From Hormiphora californensis (Eukaryota; Animalia; Ctenophora), in contig CM035360.1 of NCBI GenBank assembly GCA_020137815.1, positions 2,604,001 to 2,668,000 on the forward strand: DNA of 64,000 bases, given 5' to 3'. The notes beneath the pieces were generated by a model, which worked only from the letters and a program-made list of their open reading frames with translations, ran no database searches and was not told where the DNA came from. Position 1 is the first letter of the stretch; each line of letters starts with the position of its first letter. Both the position numbers and the translations under genes were made by a program. Positions 1 to 35,730 of the stretch are shown piece after piece.

Positions 1-290
1 CCCTCTCTCATTCCTTCTTCTTCAGAGTTCTGGGTGACAGAAGTCTCAACACTGTCTCCATGGTAACAGTACTTTATGTTATAGTGATAACCAACCTACA
101 TTTTATCTTAGCATGGAAAACGGTAGCACTAGCAAAAATGACCAGAACAGAGACAAAAAACAATCCAACAATTCAGGTAGATATCAGACTTTTATTTGTA
201 AGATATTACCCCCCCCCCCTCCGATATGAGCTGCTGAACTCGTCCTTTTTATTCTGTACACGTATAAGAGTCTATTTTGAAGGTCAGATA

Positions 291-1791
291 ATGTCTGTTT
301 CAGATGGTACAGTTTCCACCTCATCAGTGGGGGTGGACCTAGGTTCCCTAGCAACGGGTAGTGATGATAGGTTGCTATGGAGATGTGACAGTTGGAGGGA
401 GGGTGATGTCGGTGGTGAACCTGTACCCATGTCACGTGAGGTTCGTATTGGGTGGTCATTTTATGCTCATGTACAAAAACTGATTGAAACTAGCCCGTTA
501 TCCTAATATCCGGGACTTCTAATATCCCGTTAACAGGTCCGGCTGGCGAGGCTAGAGGAGGCGTTTAAGACCATCTTGGAGTGTGTTGGGGAAGATCCGA
601 CAAGGAACGGTCTCTTGGAGACTCCAGCCCGGGCTGCCAAGGCTATGTTGTTTCTGACCAAGGGTGAGAGTGCCGAGGGTTTCATTGATGGTTTACCCAA
701 TGAATATATATATATATATATATATGGTTGGGATATGGTTTAGATGACATAATCAAATACGCCCTGTAACCATGGTAACCACTCCAACAGGTTACGAAGA
801 GAATGTTGATATGGTGGTAAAGAACGCTCGTTTTGACGAAGATTATAACAACATGGTGACGGTTAAAGACATTGAGTTTTACTCACTCTGCGAACACCAC
901 CTCATTCCCTTTTACGGAAAGGTAGGAAACTAGATCTCCTCTTGAAGCTCAACACATAAACTCTCCACCTAACTCAAATATAATTCGAGTTAGGTGGAGA
1001 ATATTCTGTGTTGTCGAAATATAGTGAACTAGTCAAGAAGACTATTCAAGGAAGAAGTTCCTGACGTCACCAGTTCTGACCTTCCCTTTCTAACCCGTCT
1101 GACCTTCCCTAATATTGTTACTCTGTCTGGCAGCACTGTTGCAGACACTGTTGCGAAATAGTTTACATGAATTGAAGCAGTTCAAACTGTTTGGCAACTT
1201 TCGCAATTGTTCCAACGATAGCAACCCCTTCCTATAACTCCCTAGGGTAAACCCCTAATGGAGCCGATATAGCCCCTTATTCTAACTTATTTTAACCCCC
1301 TTCCTAGACCCATATCTAACCCAATAACACCATACAGATCCACATCGGATACATACCAACGGGTCAGGTCCTCGGACTGAGCAAGTTAGCCCGGATATCC
1401 GAGATGTTTACCCGCCGTTTACAGGTGAGAAAGAGAGACTATCTAGTGGCCTATCTTCGAGAGCTATGTCGCTCGTTTTAAAGGAATAAAAAACGAGTGT
1501 TTCTTTTTCTGTAGTTCACTTCGCAGTTAGCAGTACCGAGAACTCAACTTTCAAGTGTTTCACAACTATTATAATAAACACAACCTACTCCTACCTACTA
1601 TTATAATAAACACAACCTTCTCCAATCTCTAATATCAATCTCTCTAGAACCAAGAGAGGATAACAAAGCAGATAGCACACGCTGTGGTGGATGCAATACG
1701 GCCCAGTGGAGTGGGTGTTATCATAGAGGCAACACATATGTGCATGTGCATGAGAGGTAAGAGAGAGATTGGTGTATTTACTATAGAGAGG

Positions 1792-1822
<31 letters not shown>

Positions 1823-2141
1823 TGACTGACTGACTGACTGACTGACTGACTGACTGACTGACTGACTGACTGACTGACTGACTGACTGACTGACTGACTG
1901 ACTGACTGACTGACTGACTGACTGACTGACAGAGAGACAGACTGACAGAGAGACAGACTGACAGAGAGACAGACAGACAGACAGACAGTATACATATTGT
2001 CGGATGCCCCCTTCATACCATGCAACTTTATCTGCAGGTGTCCAGAAGAGTGGCTCTATCACCATGACAAGTACGATGATGGGTACCTTCCTAGATGATC
2101 CCCGAACTAGGGATGAGTTCCTTCGATTCTGTCGAGGATAG
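291..2141 (+). CDS. GCH1: GTP cyclohydrolase I, 6 exons (291-440, 537-663, 791-921, 1338-1424, 1648-1756, 2038-2141), 235 aa
   Basis: All introns are GT..AG and phase-consistent (708 nt CDS). The translation has the GCH1 hallmarks [39 protein letters not shown] (Zn ligands), [31 protein letters not shown] and TRDEFL. Confidence 0.96.
1795..1988. repeat. (GACA)n/(GACT)n tetranucleotide microsatellite in GCH1 intron 5
   Basis: Directly visible; it explains ORFs 1591..2025 and 1781..2065. Confidence 0.95.
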
Positions 2142-2170
2142 GATAGCTCATAGCTGTAGTGATAATCCAG

Positions 2171-2406
2171 GAGTTGGTGCTATGGTAACCACTCACTGAG
2201 TTGTAACCGTGGTAACCACTCACTGAGTTGTAACCGTGGTAACCACTCACTGAGTTGTAACCATGGTAACCACTCACTGAGTTGTAACCGTGGTAACCAC
2301 TCACTGAGTTGTAACCATGGTAACCACTCACTGAGTTGTAACCATGGTAACCACTCACTGAGTTGTAACCATGGTAACCACTCCCTGGGTTGTAACTATG
2401 GTAACC
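2171..2406. repeat. 27-bp minisatellite (GAGTTGTAACCRTGGTAACCACTCACT, about 8 copies) just after the GCH1 stop
   Basis: Directly visible tandem units, each containing GTAACCRTGGTAAC. Confidence 0.92.
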
Positions 2407-3895
2407 TTGAATTCCTCCTCGAGGATACGCATTTTGTAGTTATACTGATTTATTCATGCTATTGGGATTTTACAAGCTAAAGGTTAGTTAGAGGTAGACC
2501 TTTTCTAATCGGATATTTTATTTATTTTTGCTGGGAAATATTGCTGCCGATATAAATACTATGTACTAGGTTAAACTTGATAAAAACATTTTTCTGATAT
2601 TATTTTTAAACGTTATCTTCATTACTTGACCAATGATCAACAACCAAACAAGTAATCAGATTTATTAGCTTGTTGTTTCAGTAAATTATTCAGGACATTT
2701 TGTATTTTGTTAACCATGTGGGCTATTGCTGTACTTTTTATTGCTACATCTGTGAATATATGCTTTTTATTCAGTACATTTAGATGTACCCGGCCCCTCC
2801 CCCCCCCCCCCCCCCGGTACTCAACAACAATTTAATTAATTGCGATCCGCCCTCCCGATACCCAATTAACCCATTCTCCAACTCGTTCTAGCATGGCTCC
2901 ATATCATGACATCTGGGAGTTGCCGCAGCTGGTAGCTGCAGTAGTATCGAATATGATATACAAACCCCTGACTCTGGTCTCTGGCTAGACAACTACAACT
3001 TCCTCCCTTCTTCCCTGATAGACAACTCCAACTGCTTCCCTTCTGAGAGAGATAGACAGCTCCAATTCGACTCCAACTTCAGATAATGCGTGGGCAGGAG
3101 GACAGCAGCAGAATCAGCTGGTTTACATCTTGGTAAGTCTTGTGTTTGTAAAGCTAGCACGTTCTCCATCATGTTACTAAGGAGAGAGTGCTGTCTGTCT
3201 GTCTGTGTAGACGCTATAATGTCTCTTTTTGATAATCGATTTGTTGACCCCATTTCCCCCTGTCCCCCTCGATCACGAAATTCATTCACTTCACAATTCA
3301 CATTCCCCACCAAAGCATCTTCAGCACTCTTTACTTACTTAGTACATCTAGCCAACTAGCATTTTCAATTTCATGAATTCAAAATATTAAGATAGAGTAG
3401 AAGTTTGAAGTTTGCTGTTATAGGTACGTGACAAATGGGCACGTGGGTTGATATCGTATGATACAAAGCGGTGATGTTCTCTACAGTAGTTGGAGTCCGA
3501 TTTCAAATGTTGTACGTCAATATGAAATATACGTCAATAAAGGATAGTATATATTACTTATCGGGTGGTGACAAAGCACTCGTGATTTTCTGTCCTTTAT
3601 CATGTGGGGTTTTTTGTATGGGTGGAGCTTGTTTTGTCGAAAACCTTATTCTAGTTTTTATCTATCCGGCGCGAGCAAGGCTAGGGTGGGGTATATCTAA
3701 CATTTGTAAGACTAAGATTGCGGTCTGTAGAAATATAATGCTGTCTGCCGCCACAGTCCCCGATCTGAGATTAAAGCGGGAGGTCTATCGGCGGATAGAC
3801 AGCTAGAATGTCTTCCGCGGTTCTAGTTACCCCTCCTTTGACCCTCACTATTTCGTTCCCCACTTCCTTCCTCTCTCGGCCTTCCTTCCCCCCCT

Positions 3896-6800
3896 ATAGC
3901 CCCTTATTTCTAACTTATTTGAACACCCTTCCTGACCCATATCTAACCCAATAAAATGCATAACCCATACAGATCCACATGGATTACATACCAAAGGGTC
4001 AGGTCCTCGGACTGAGCAAGTTAGCACAGGATATCCGAGTGTTACCCAGCCCCGTTTTACCGTTGTTACAGGTGAGAAAAGAAAGAGAGGTACTATTAAG
4101 GCGATCCTTCGCAGAGCAGCTATTGTCGCTCGTTTTTAAAAGGAAATATCTTAAAAAAACGAGTGTTTCTGTTTTTTTCTGTAGTTCAGCTTCGCAGGTG
4201 CAGACCGAGAACTCAACTTTCAAGTGTGTCACACTATTATAATGAAACACAACTACTCCTACCACGATTGAATATACAACACAACCTTTGCAATTCTCAA
4301 TACCTCTGCTAGAACCAAGATAAGAGAGGGATAACAAAGCAGAGAGGATAGCACACCGCATTTTTTGTGGGGATGATGCAATTGTACGGCCCAGTGAGTG
4401 GGTGTGTTTTATCATAGGAGGCAACACATATTGTGCATGTTGATGAGAGGTAAGAGAGAGATTGTTTTTTTATTCTATTAGAGAGGGAGAGGTGTTGTAT
4501 TGTTTGTATTTACTATAGAGAGGGAGGAGCGACAGAGAGACGAAGCAGAGATGAGAACAGACAGACCGACAGACAGACAGACGGACTATCTGCCCTGACT
4601 GAGACGACTACGGACTGACGACTGACTGACTGACTTCTGACTGACTGACCATGGACCGAACGATCTGACACTGGAATTGAACACTGATCTGACTGACCTG
4701 ACTCGACTGACTGTAGAGAGGACAGAATGACAGAGAGACAGAGTGACAGAGAGACCAGACAGACAGACAGACAGTATACATATGTCGGAGCCCCTTCATA
4801 CCATGAAACTCTATATGCAGGTTGTCCAGGAAGAGGCTCTCGTACATGACAAGTACGATGTGGGCACTTTTCCTAGATGACCAACGGACCAGAGGATGAA
4901 GTTTCCTCCTTTCTGGTCGAGGATGGTAGTGGTAATCCATGGTTGTAACCCTGGTAACCACGCCCTGGGTTTGTATTGTTGTAAACCAAAGACAACCATC
5001 CCTTGGTTGTACCCATGGCAACCACTCCCTGGTTGTGTAACTATGGTAAACCCCTCCTGGGTTGTAAAACTTGTAACTATTGGTAACACTTTGAGTTTTA
5101 GTAACCAGGTAACACTCCCCTGAGTTGTAACCATAGTAACAACGAGATGGTAACCATGATCTTGAATTCTGTCGAAAGATAGGGAGAATTGGTAAAAACT
5201 TTTTCTAACCGGGGGATTTATTAATCTTGTTGTGGGAGAAAATATGCTTGCCATCCGATATAAAATAATACTTCTAGGTTAAACTTAACATAATTAAAAA
5301 CACTTTCGGATATTATTTTTAAACGTTTATCTTATACTGACAATGATCAACAAACCAAAACAGTAATAGAGTTATAGCTTGGTTGTTTCAGTAAAATTAT
5401 TCAGGACTTTTGTATTATTATTAATTATTTATATTATTATTATCTTGTTAAACCAGTGTGCGGCTATTGCTTTGTACTTTTTATTTATACATCTGTGAGA
5501 ATATGCTCTTTATTCAATACACTTAGATGCACACCCTGCCTCTTGCTTGCCCACCCCCCCTTCCCCCCACCTGTTGGTTACCAACAACTTTTATTTCTTG
5601 AAGTTTAATTAAATAGATCCCCTTATAATGCCCATTAATACCCAATTATTAAACCCATTCTCTAAACTCGTTATAGCATGGACCCATAATGAATTACTCC
5701 ACTGGACCACCGTGTGGCTCTTTGCCAGTCGATCGAAATGATGATGATATACAAACCCTGACTCTGGCTAGACAGCAACATTTTCACTTCTGATAGACAA
5801 CTCCAACTTCCTCCCTTCTGAGAGAGATAGACAGCTCCAACTTCAGATAATGCGTGGGCAGGAGGACGGGGACAGCAGCAGAATTAGCAACCGAATTGCT
5901 GGTTTAATCTTGGTAAGTCTTTGTGTTTTGTAAAAGCTAGCACAGTTCTCCAGTTGTTACAAGGAGAGACGTGGCGGTCTGTCTGTCTGTTAATAGGAAG
6001 CTTTAAGGGACACCTGGCGTTTTTCTTCATCGAGGTGCCCAACCAAATGACTTCACCAGGGTTTAGGCCACTACCAAACTGGACCTCAAATAATGCCAAT
6101 TTTAGCCTCTCTAAATGTCGAATTCAATTTTGCTACAGGCACTATTTTCAATTCAAGAAGTGGCCCGTTTTTTCAATTTTTGTTGAAAATATGAAAAATT
6201 TTAACCTCAGGACCATTTTTTTGGTAGATAGAAAACATTAAATTCTTGAGAATTGAAGAGAATATCAAGGTGAAATAAGCCCAAAGAAGGATTTTTGAAA
6301 TGGAAGCTTAGTTCTGGCATAGGAGAACGTTACTTTTTGCTTCTTGGAACGCTGCTGAGAATGGTCCCATGCTCATTAGAGATTAGATGAAATTCTGGAA
6401 ATAGTTGCTCAAAAAGATTACCTATGTGGCCAAAAATTTTTTGTGAAATAATTTTTTGTGACCCTGTCTTTTTGAAAAAGAGGGAGGGAAATCCCTGTAT
6501 ACAAAACGGGGACGTAGAGACCTGGACCAAGCTAATCGCTTCAGAAGGTCCGATTTTGGGGGGGGGGCGGTCTTCTGAGAGACATTTTGCTCCTACTCCA
6601 ACCCGTTTTTGCTCGTACAAATTGCCGAAGAAAAAGCTATCAGCAAGTAAGGGGGAAATCCAGCCAGAAGCCAGAGGATAAAGGATAGAGTTGTTTCCCT
6701 TTTATTAGAATTTTTCATAGAATTAGTTTTTGCACTTACAGCCAAAAATCTGGTTGGAGTAGGAGCAAAATTGTCTTAGAAAACCCCCCCCCCCCCCCCA

Positions 6801-8700
6801 CCCCAACATTCGGATCCTCTGAATCGAATAAGTTTCGGGTCCCAGGTCTCTAGGGATCATTCCGTTTTTGCGATACAGGAAGGAATAATTTCCCCTTTTC
6901 AAAAAAAGACAGGGTTTCACCAAAAAAAAGCTCTTGTACACCACACTCTTTGGCGGGGAAAGGAGGGAAAAGTTCCAAAAAATTTTTGGGGCCAATAGAA
7001 TTGAACGGTTTTGAGCAACTATTCCAGCTTTCATCCTCTAATGAAGATTGGAACATTCCCGCCAGCGTGTCAAAGAGAAAGAAGCAAAAAAGTAAACCGT
7101 TTCTCATGTCCAAGAAATAAGCTCCATTTCAAAAAATCCTTCTTGGGCTTATTTCACCTTTAGATTCGCTTCATTCCAAGAATTTAATGTTCTATCTCAA
7201 AAAAGTGCCTGAGGTAAAAAATTTCAACAAAATTTGAAAAAAAAAAAAAAAAAAAGAAACAAAGAAAAAAAAAAAAAAAAAAAACGCACTTTGAAAATAG
7301 GCTGTAGCAAAAAATCAAAAAAATATGGAATTTCGAAAACTTTTAGGGTAAAAGTGCAATTTGGGTCCATTTTGTTATGGCCTAAACCCTTGGGTGAAGC
7401 AAGTCATTTTGGTTGGGGGCACTCGATGGATGGTGTGTTGAAAAAACGCCAGTGTGTACCCTTAATCTTGTTATCCTGTATCCCTAAACCAGGTTTGTTC
7501 ACCATTCCCCATTCCTCCACGCCAGATTGGATGACGGAGAGTGTGCTGTCTGTCTGTATAGACGCCATGTCTCTTTTCAATAATAGATTTGTTGCCCCCA
7601 TTTCCCCCTGGCCCCCTGTTCACAAAGTTTATTCACATTCCCAAACAAAGCATTTTTAGCACTCAGTCAAGCAGCATTTGAGAACTGAGTTAGGGTTATC
7701 AGTTAATAATCAATAGTATCAGGTTAGGGTAGTTAGGGGCAGAATAGAACAGCAAGTACCAGTTGATGCCTCCCCCTACGTGCTCCGTTGCTATACCACC
7801 CCCGGCAGTTGTAGATAGTAGAGATAGATAGGGTAGAAAGAAGTTTTGAAGAAAAGTTTGTGCTTGAGCCTTTGGTAGAAAAGGTAGAAAGTTTGATGCC
7901 CTATTTGATGCTAGTAGTCGTAGAGCGGGGCAACCGTGTGAGTCACGTGTCGTGATTGCGTTGATGATTATCGTATGATAAATACAGTGGTGGTAAGAAG
8001 TTTTTGGTCCGGACTACAGCTGTTTAGCCTAGCCTGTGTAGTTGGAGTCCGATTTCAAATGTTTGTACGTCCAGATGAAATGAATATTCTGACCGTCAAT
8101 AAAGGATAGTATATATAACTTATCGGGTGGTGGGTGGGTGACCAAAGCCACTCGTGATTTTTCTGTCCTATTTAATGGGGGGTTTTTTTTTATATGGGTG
8201 GGGAGAGCTTGTTTTGTCGATCGAAACCCTGATTCTAGTTTTTATCTATTCATATGGCGCGAGCAATTGTTTAGGGTGGGGTAGGTAAGTATCTAACATT
8301 TTGTACGGACTAACAGTGCTGCTTGCAGTCATCAAAACCGGTATTCGCGAAACTACAGTAATGAGACACACACGTTTGCATAACGCGCCCACCGGGCAAA
8401 AAGTTCACAAAAAGTTCATATGCAGCAACGTACAGGTTACTGATTGGCCACGGTTGTGCGCGTTAGTCTTAAGTATCGCGTTTCCAATTACCGTTTTCCC
8501 ACAACAGCGACCCCGTGTTAGATTGTAAGATTGCGGTCTGGAGGAAAAATCTACTGCTTTGTCTCTGCCGCCACAGTCCACGATGTCGCGCGGAGGAATG
8601 AAGGAGATTAAAGCGGGGTGGGGGTCTTAGCGGAGGATTAAGACAGATAGATGTCTTCGCGTGCGGTCTAGTACCTCCCCCCATGCCCCCTCCCATTTGC
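3896..8700 (+). pseudogene. Degenerate tandem copy of about 1268-3830 (GCH1 exons 4-6 and downstream); partial pseudogene or unpolished haplotype artefact
   Basis: Segments 3973-4071, 4313-4449 and 4821-4924 align to GCH1 exons 4, 5 and 6 with many 1-2 nt indels. Segments 5750-5990, 7535-7660 and 7820-8680 match 2960-3830. Exons 1-3 are absent. Confidence 0.85.
6007..7461. mobile_element. Non-autonomous TIR element with TTAA target duplication and GG..CC termini (Kolobok-like)
   Basis: TTAA|GGGACACCTGGCG at 6003-6019 and CGCCAGTGTGTACCC|TTAA at 7447-7465. Degenerate inverted arms of about 300 bp (6007-6310 vs 7130-7461). Absent from the first copy of the duplicated region. Confidence 0.65.
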
Positions 8701-9919
8701 TATCTAACTATTCGTCCTAGCTTTATACATTTCTTGCTTCCCCTGACCTTCCTTCCCTCTCTCAGCCTTCTTTCCCTCCCTCGGCCTTCTTTCCCTCCCT
8801 CTCTTTCTCAGCCTTCCATCTCTCCCTCAGCCTTCTCTCATATAGGTAAGTACTAAAACAGTCCTTGTCTCCTATGGATCTGTGCTTTCCAACAGAGCTA
8901 ATGAGCCTCCTAGTTAGTTTAGTTAGTGCATCTTCCAGCTAGAATAGAAAGAGAGGAGAGAGAGAGACGCAGACGAGAAAGAGAGCGAGCGACAAGAGAG
9001 AGACCGAGACCCCGACGAGTGGAGAAAGAGACCGGACGAAGACCAAGAGAGCCGAGAGGAGCAGCTCAGAGAGGAGAGGGAGAGACCGAGACAGGCACCG
9101 GACGGAGACCGAGAGAGAGGAGAGACGAGAGAGAGAGGGAAGAGAGAGAGAGAGGAGGAGAGAACGGAGGATGAGAAGAGACGAGAGGAGAGAGGAGAGA
9201 GAGAGAGAGAGAGAGAGGCTGGAGAGAGCGAGAGAGGGAGAGAGGGGAGAGAGAGACAGAGAAAGAGAGACGGAGACATATAGGGAAATAGAAGGGATAG
9301 TTAAAACTATAATTCTCATGATCATCTTCTCTACTTGAAATGTTTTAATTTGTGCCATATGTCGCACAAGATAATTATTTAATAACAATATTCCGTGAGC
9401 CATCAGCCAAGCAGTATACTCAATTCTTTGTCTCACTGTCTCTCTGAACTCGGTGTTACCTGGCTCTTATCATCCACCGTTCGACCTGAAAGAATTGCGA
9501 AAGTCATCTGTAATTATTATTGCCTCTACTAGTTGCCTTATACTTTATATTTACTTGAACAGTAAACTCTGTTTTGCAGCAGTCATCGTTCCATCTATTA
9601 TATTGTCTACGATAAAAAAATTCCTCTCTTTACTAAATCATCGAGTCTCAATTGTTGTCCCTATACTCATCAACTTATTGTCTTCACAAATAAACAACTC
9701 TTTGTTTCTATTTGTGCTCTTTCCTGATGCTCCTAACACTACTCTGCACAGTGTGCAATTAACAATAACTCCATTATATTTCCTATGTTCATGTTCCTTG
9801 GAATGGCGATGGTGTTTATTTAAAATGTCTCACTTTCAGTTGTACTTTCCCTCTATTGCTCCATCACTTTTCATCGCTCATCTAGAGATCTAATAGCCAT
9901 GTTATTACATTCTCGTGTT

Positions 9920-17465
<7,546 letters not shown>

Positions 17466-17597
17466 GGAAGGAGGAACTATCTGTTTTCTAGATACTAATT
17501 TGGAGAGGGGAACATGGGGCCGTGGATTTGGGACTGTTGATGTCGCCCCGGCCGGAGTTGGGATAGATTTCAGTTCATGTGATTCTAATCTAGATGT

Positions 17598-17760
17598 AGA
17601 AGAGAGAAAAGAGACAGTTTTGTGATATTGAAGAGAGTTATAGAGAGACAGAAAAGAGACAGTTTCTTGATATAGAAGTGAGTTATACAGAGAGACAGTT
17701 TTGTGATATTGAAGAGAGTTATACAGAGAGACAGTTTTGTGATGTAGAAGAGAGTTCTGG
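17598..17760. repeat. Imperfect tandem repeat (GAGACAGTTTTGTGATATTGAAGAGAGTTATACA-like, 4 copies) in the 3' region of the coiled-coil gene
   Basis: Directly visible. Confidence 0.8.
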
Positions 17761-18177
17761 AACAATTCCGGGTTTATAAGAACCCTGTGCTGCAATGATT
17801 TTCTATTTGCTTGTAATGGAGCTTTGTTATATTTTACGTTGTTTTGTATAGTAATATGTTGACGTGATATATTTTAAATTATTTGAATGAAGTTATATGA
17901 AGTTGTTTTGCATTTGTTTCACAATTCCAGCGATGCCTGACAGATTCCAGCCTATACAGGCATGGGAGGTCCCCGTGGGAAATGCTGTCAGCGTTATGCC
18001 TGACTACTCTCCGAGAAAGGGTCAGCGCACAAAGATGATCTGTGAGAGATCCCCCATTGAGTCAATTAATGCAAAGGGGGTTCTCTCACGGCTGAATGGT
18101 TGATTGTCTAAGTTGATTCACATGGATATATATGTGTTTTATTTGATCACCGTCTATTAGATGGTCTAGTATCTATT

Positions 18178-19450
18178 AGTCGGTCTACTACTTTACTATT
18201 TCAAGCGGGGTCTGGCGGAGCTAGACGATCTATAGCTCCGCCCGACCTCGCTTGAAATTGAATCTGTCAGGCATCGCGCTGACAGACTTGAATTCATTTC
18301 GGTCAGTTTCTCAGTCTGGCGGAGACTGAGTATCAAATTGGATGACGGCTGTCTGGCACCGCCGACCCCATCTGAGCACACTGAGAATCAAATTGGGATC
18401 TGGCGCCGCCAGACAGAGCACGGCTGTCTCGTGGCGTCAGACCCTGATTTGATTCTCAGTGCGCTCAGATGGGGTATGGCGCCGCCATACAGGGCGCCGC
18501 CGACCCCATCTGAGCACACTGAGAATCAAATTGGGATCTGGCGCCGCCAGACAGAGCACGGCTGTCTCGTGGCGTCAGACCCCGATTTGATTTTCAGTGC
18601 GCTCAGATGGGGTGACCCCATTGGGGTCTGCGGCGAAAGACAGGAGGATGGTCGCGGTGCCACTGCAGACTTGTTGAGAAACTCAACAACTACAGACAGC
18701 TTCATTTGGGTGTGCTGCAATACACCGAAACGGAGCCGTCTGTATGGGTTTATTGGCTCAAAAGGACATCATAATATTAATTCCCTATTCCCCCATCCGC
18801 ACGTGAATTCACTAGCATGAGCACATGATCCCCCAATTCTCTCGCATTTGATTGATGATTCCCCATTCTCCATTGACCATTATCGCTGACAAATACGTTA
18901 CGTATTACGTAGCTCAACGTCCTTCAACTCCAAGGACGAACCTTATTACAGTGACAGTCATTCCAACTGACCAACACCAAATTGCCCCGGACCAGGTCAA
19001 AGATTAAACGAGTCGTATAATTAAGTTTAACAGAAAAGCGTGCTTTATTAGAGAAATACAATAACATTCAATATTGAAATATTATAGCATTTATACAGGG
19101 CCCCTCCGGCTGTCAGTATCATGAAAATAAGCAAATTGGGTACTCGACACTTTCAAATTCCATGCACTCGTACCAAAAAACAAACTGCATTTATACAAAT
19201 AGTAATACAACATATTATCCTCCTGATACATCTCTTATAGCATTGCACTGCTTGGACTTGGAGTCTGTCTGGTGTCACCAGACCCCGATTTGATTCTCAG
19301 ATTGGGTCGGCACCGCCAGACACTCATAGTGATTAGTGGGGTCGGGATAGGAACAAACACTTCCTGTCCAGGTCCAACGACATGTCACGACAATGGTTCC
19401 TGATGGCCGATCGTCACACTCAGCTCTGTCTGACCTCGATTTGATTCTCA
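18178..19450 (+). mobile_element. Degenerate PIF/Harbinger-like element remnant with a duplicated ~135-bp subterminal block
   Basis: 18357-18475 is duplicated at 18496-18612. The translated fragments GFIGSKGHHNINS, AHDPPI and IIADKY resemble the HARBI1 motifs YxNRKGxHSIN, GSxHDS and LLGDxGY. Related sequence lies at 27588-27728. Ends not defined. Confidence 0.35.
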
Positions 19451-19925
19451 GATTTGGTCCAACTCCAAATCCCCTCCAAATCTAACTCCAAATTGTCGGA
19501 CAATGTCGTAGCAACATGCAAATTTTTACTGATTTCATGAATCATGTTACCAGTACAATAAATCTTATTAATTTTAAAAACTAACAGTGTTCTTTTTTAA
19601 ACTTAAATTAAAATTCAATATCCTTTCAACTCAGTTCAAGTTCTTCGTTCTCCAACTCTCCGCCTGACACTGTGTCTTCAAACAATTCGATGTTTCTGTC
19701 GGACATGTCCAAACATGTCCAAACTGTCTCTTTCAGCCGTTCCCTTCTGGATTCCCGATCCTGCAGGACTATCATGACAGCTCGGTTTGCAATCAATAAT
19801 CATGGTTGTAGTACAACACGCCACCAATATAATAGGGGTCCTCAATTTATTGTGAATTGAGATCGAGATAGTGATGGTAGAACATTCTCCTTTCTAGATT
19901 TGGTACTGGAAGCGTCGTCATCACT

Positions 19926-34256
<14,331 letters not shown>

Positions 34257-35362
34257 ATTGTACCTGACTTGGAGGAAGATGGCCGGGGGGTGTGTTAGTG
34301 ACCGGTTAAAATAGGCGGGGGGGGGGGGGGGGGTCGTGGTAGAAGAAATATAGTTAACAGCCACAAAATTGTCGTTTGAGATCAATTTTCAACTTCATGA
34401 AATCAAACGAGAGTTTTTGTGCAATAAATAGTTTGGGGAAGCTGATCATTGTATAATATACTGTATTGACTACAGACTCATGGAAAGGGGGGGGGGGAAA
34501 GGGTATGATGACAACATAAAAATATAGATTAGTTGTCACTAGGATAGATTAAGAAATATAATTTACTAAAAATAACAATTCCATCATTATACTGATGGAA
34601 GAACTGGGTGATATAATGACATAATCTTCGCGGGCGATTATTTAGCTGAGCGGGAAACGGAAAGGTTTAAGAGTTAAATATCACTTGTTCAACAAATGTA
34701 ACAAAATTATGGACATTTTATCTGACAAAATAAAACGAGAGAGAACAATATTGCACCACTAATATCAAATGGATCGAGCTCGTTTTCTTTTGTTATTCTC
34801 CATAATATTGGATAGAGCACTCTCTCCGCAGGATCTCTTTCTGATATTTTATCTAAGTGGCCCCGGCCTCGGGTGATAGGACAGCGTATATGCCGTATTG
34901 GCGTTAAGAGAAAAATATGGTAGATCGAGGGTGGATACTGGATAGAGAGAGAAAGAGAGAGAAAGAAAGGGAGAGAGAGATAGTCAAAGTTTAGAAAGAG
35001 GGGTATGGAAAAAGAAAGAGGAAAGCAAATATAAATTAATAACTGAGAAGATTAGTTCCCAGTCTCGATCGGAGGGGACCATGATTAAGGGACATGTATT
35101 ATTGAGAACCGGTAAGATCGTTACTTTAACTAACAGAGAGCAGGAGAGAGACAGTTACTTTAACTAAAATAGAGCCAGGAGAGATAGTTACTTTAACTAA
35201 GAGAGAGCAGCGTATGAAAAGAAAGTGAGCAGTCATTAAACAACTGGGGTAGCCTCCCTTTCATCAGCACAATGGTTAGTTAGAAAGAGAGGGAGCCGTT
35301 GGAGCCAACCTATCCAGTTAATGAAAAAATGCTTCTTTCACAGTTGACACATACCAGTAGTG

Positions 35363-35397
<35 letters not shown>

Positions 35398-35666
35398 GGC
35401 TCAATCGGTTTCCCTCTCAGCTCCCTCTCTCTCCCAGCTCCCATCTCTCTCTCTCTTTTTCTGGTCTGTCTAAGATACAATCATTGAATAGCTATAACAC
35501 CGTGAGAATGCGGTGCCGAAGAAGAAAAGAAGAAAAAAGATAGAGAAAAAAGATAGAGAAAATGAGAGAGACACAGTACGAAGGGGAGCAATCAAATAAG
35601 GGAGCATCATGGTGAGACAGGGAGGGTCGTCGAGAAATCGACACGCAAGAGATGGCGATCGGAGGG

Positions 35667-35730
<64 letters not shown>

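Noticed and set aside
60-506. ORF 60..506 as a 148-aa protein
   Set aside because: Only 291-440 is coding (GCH1 exon 1); the rest is upstream and intron sequence.
2107-2358. SGYHGYNSV-repeat ORF as a neuropeptide precursor or CRISPR-like array
   Set aside because: It is the antisense reading of a 27-bp minisatellite, with no signal peptide, no basic cleavage sites and no unique spacers.
2993-3359. ORFs 2993..3313(-) and 3090..3359(+) as a gene downstream of GCH1
   Set aside because: No recognisable motif or consistent splice structure, and the region looks indel-noisy. Not excluded, but I cannot support it.
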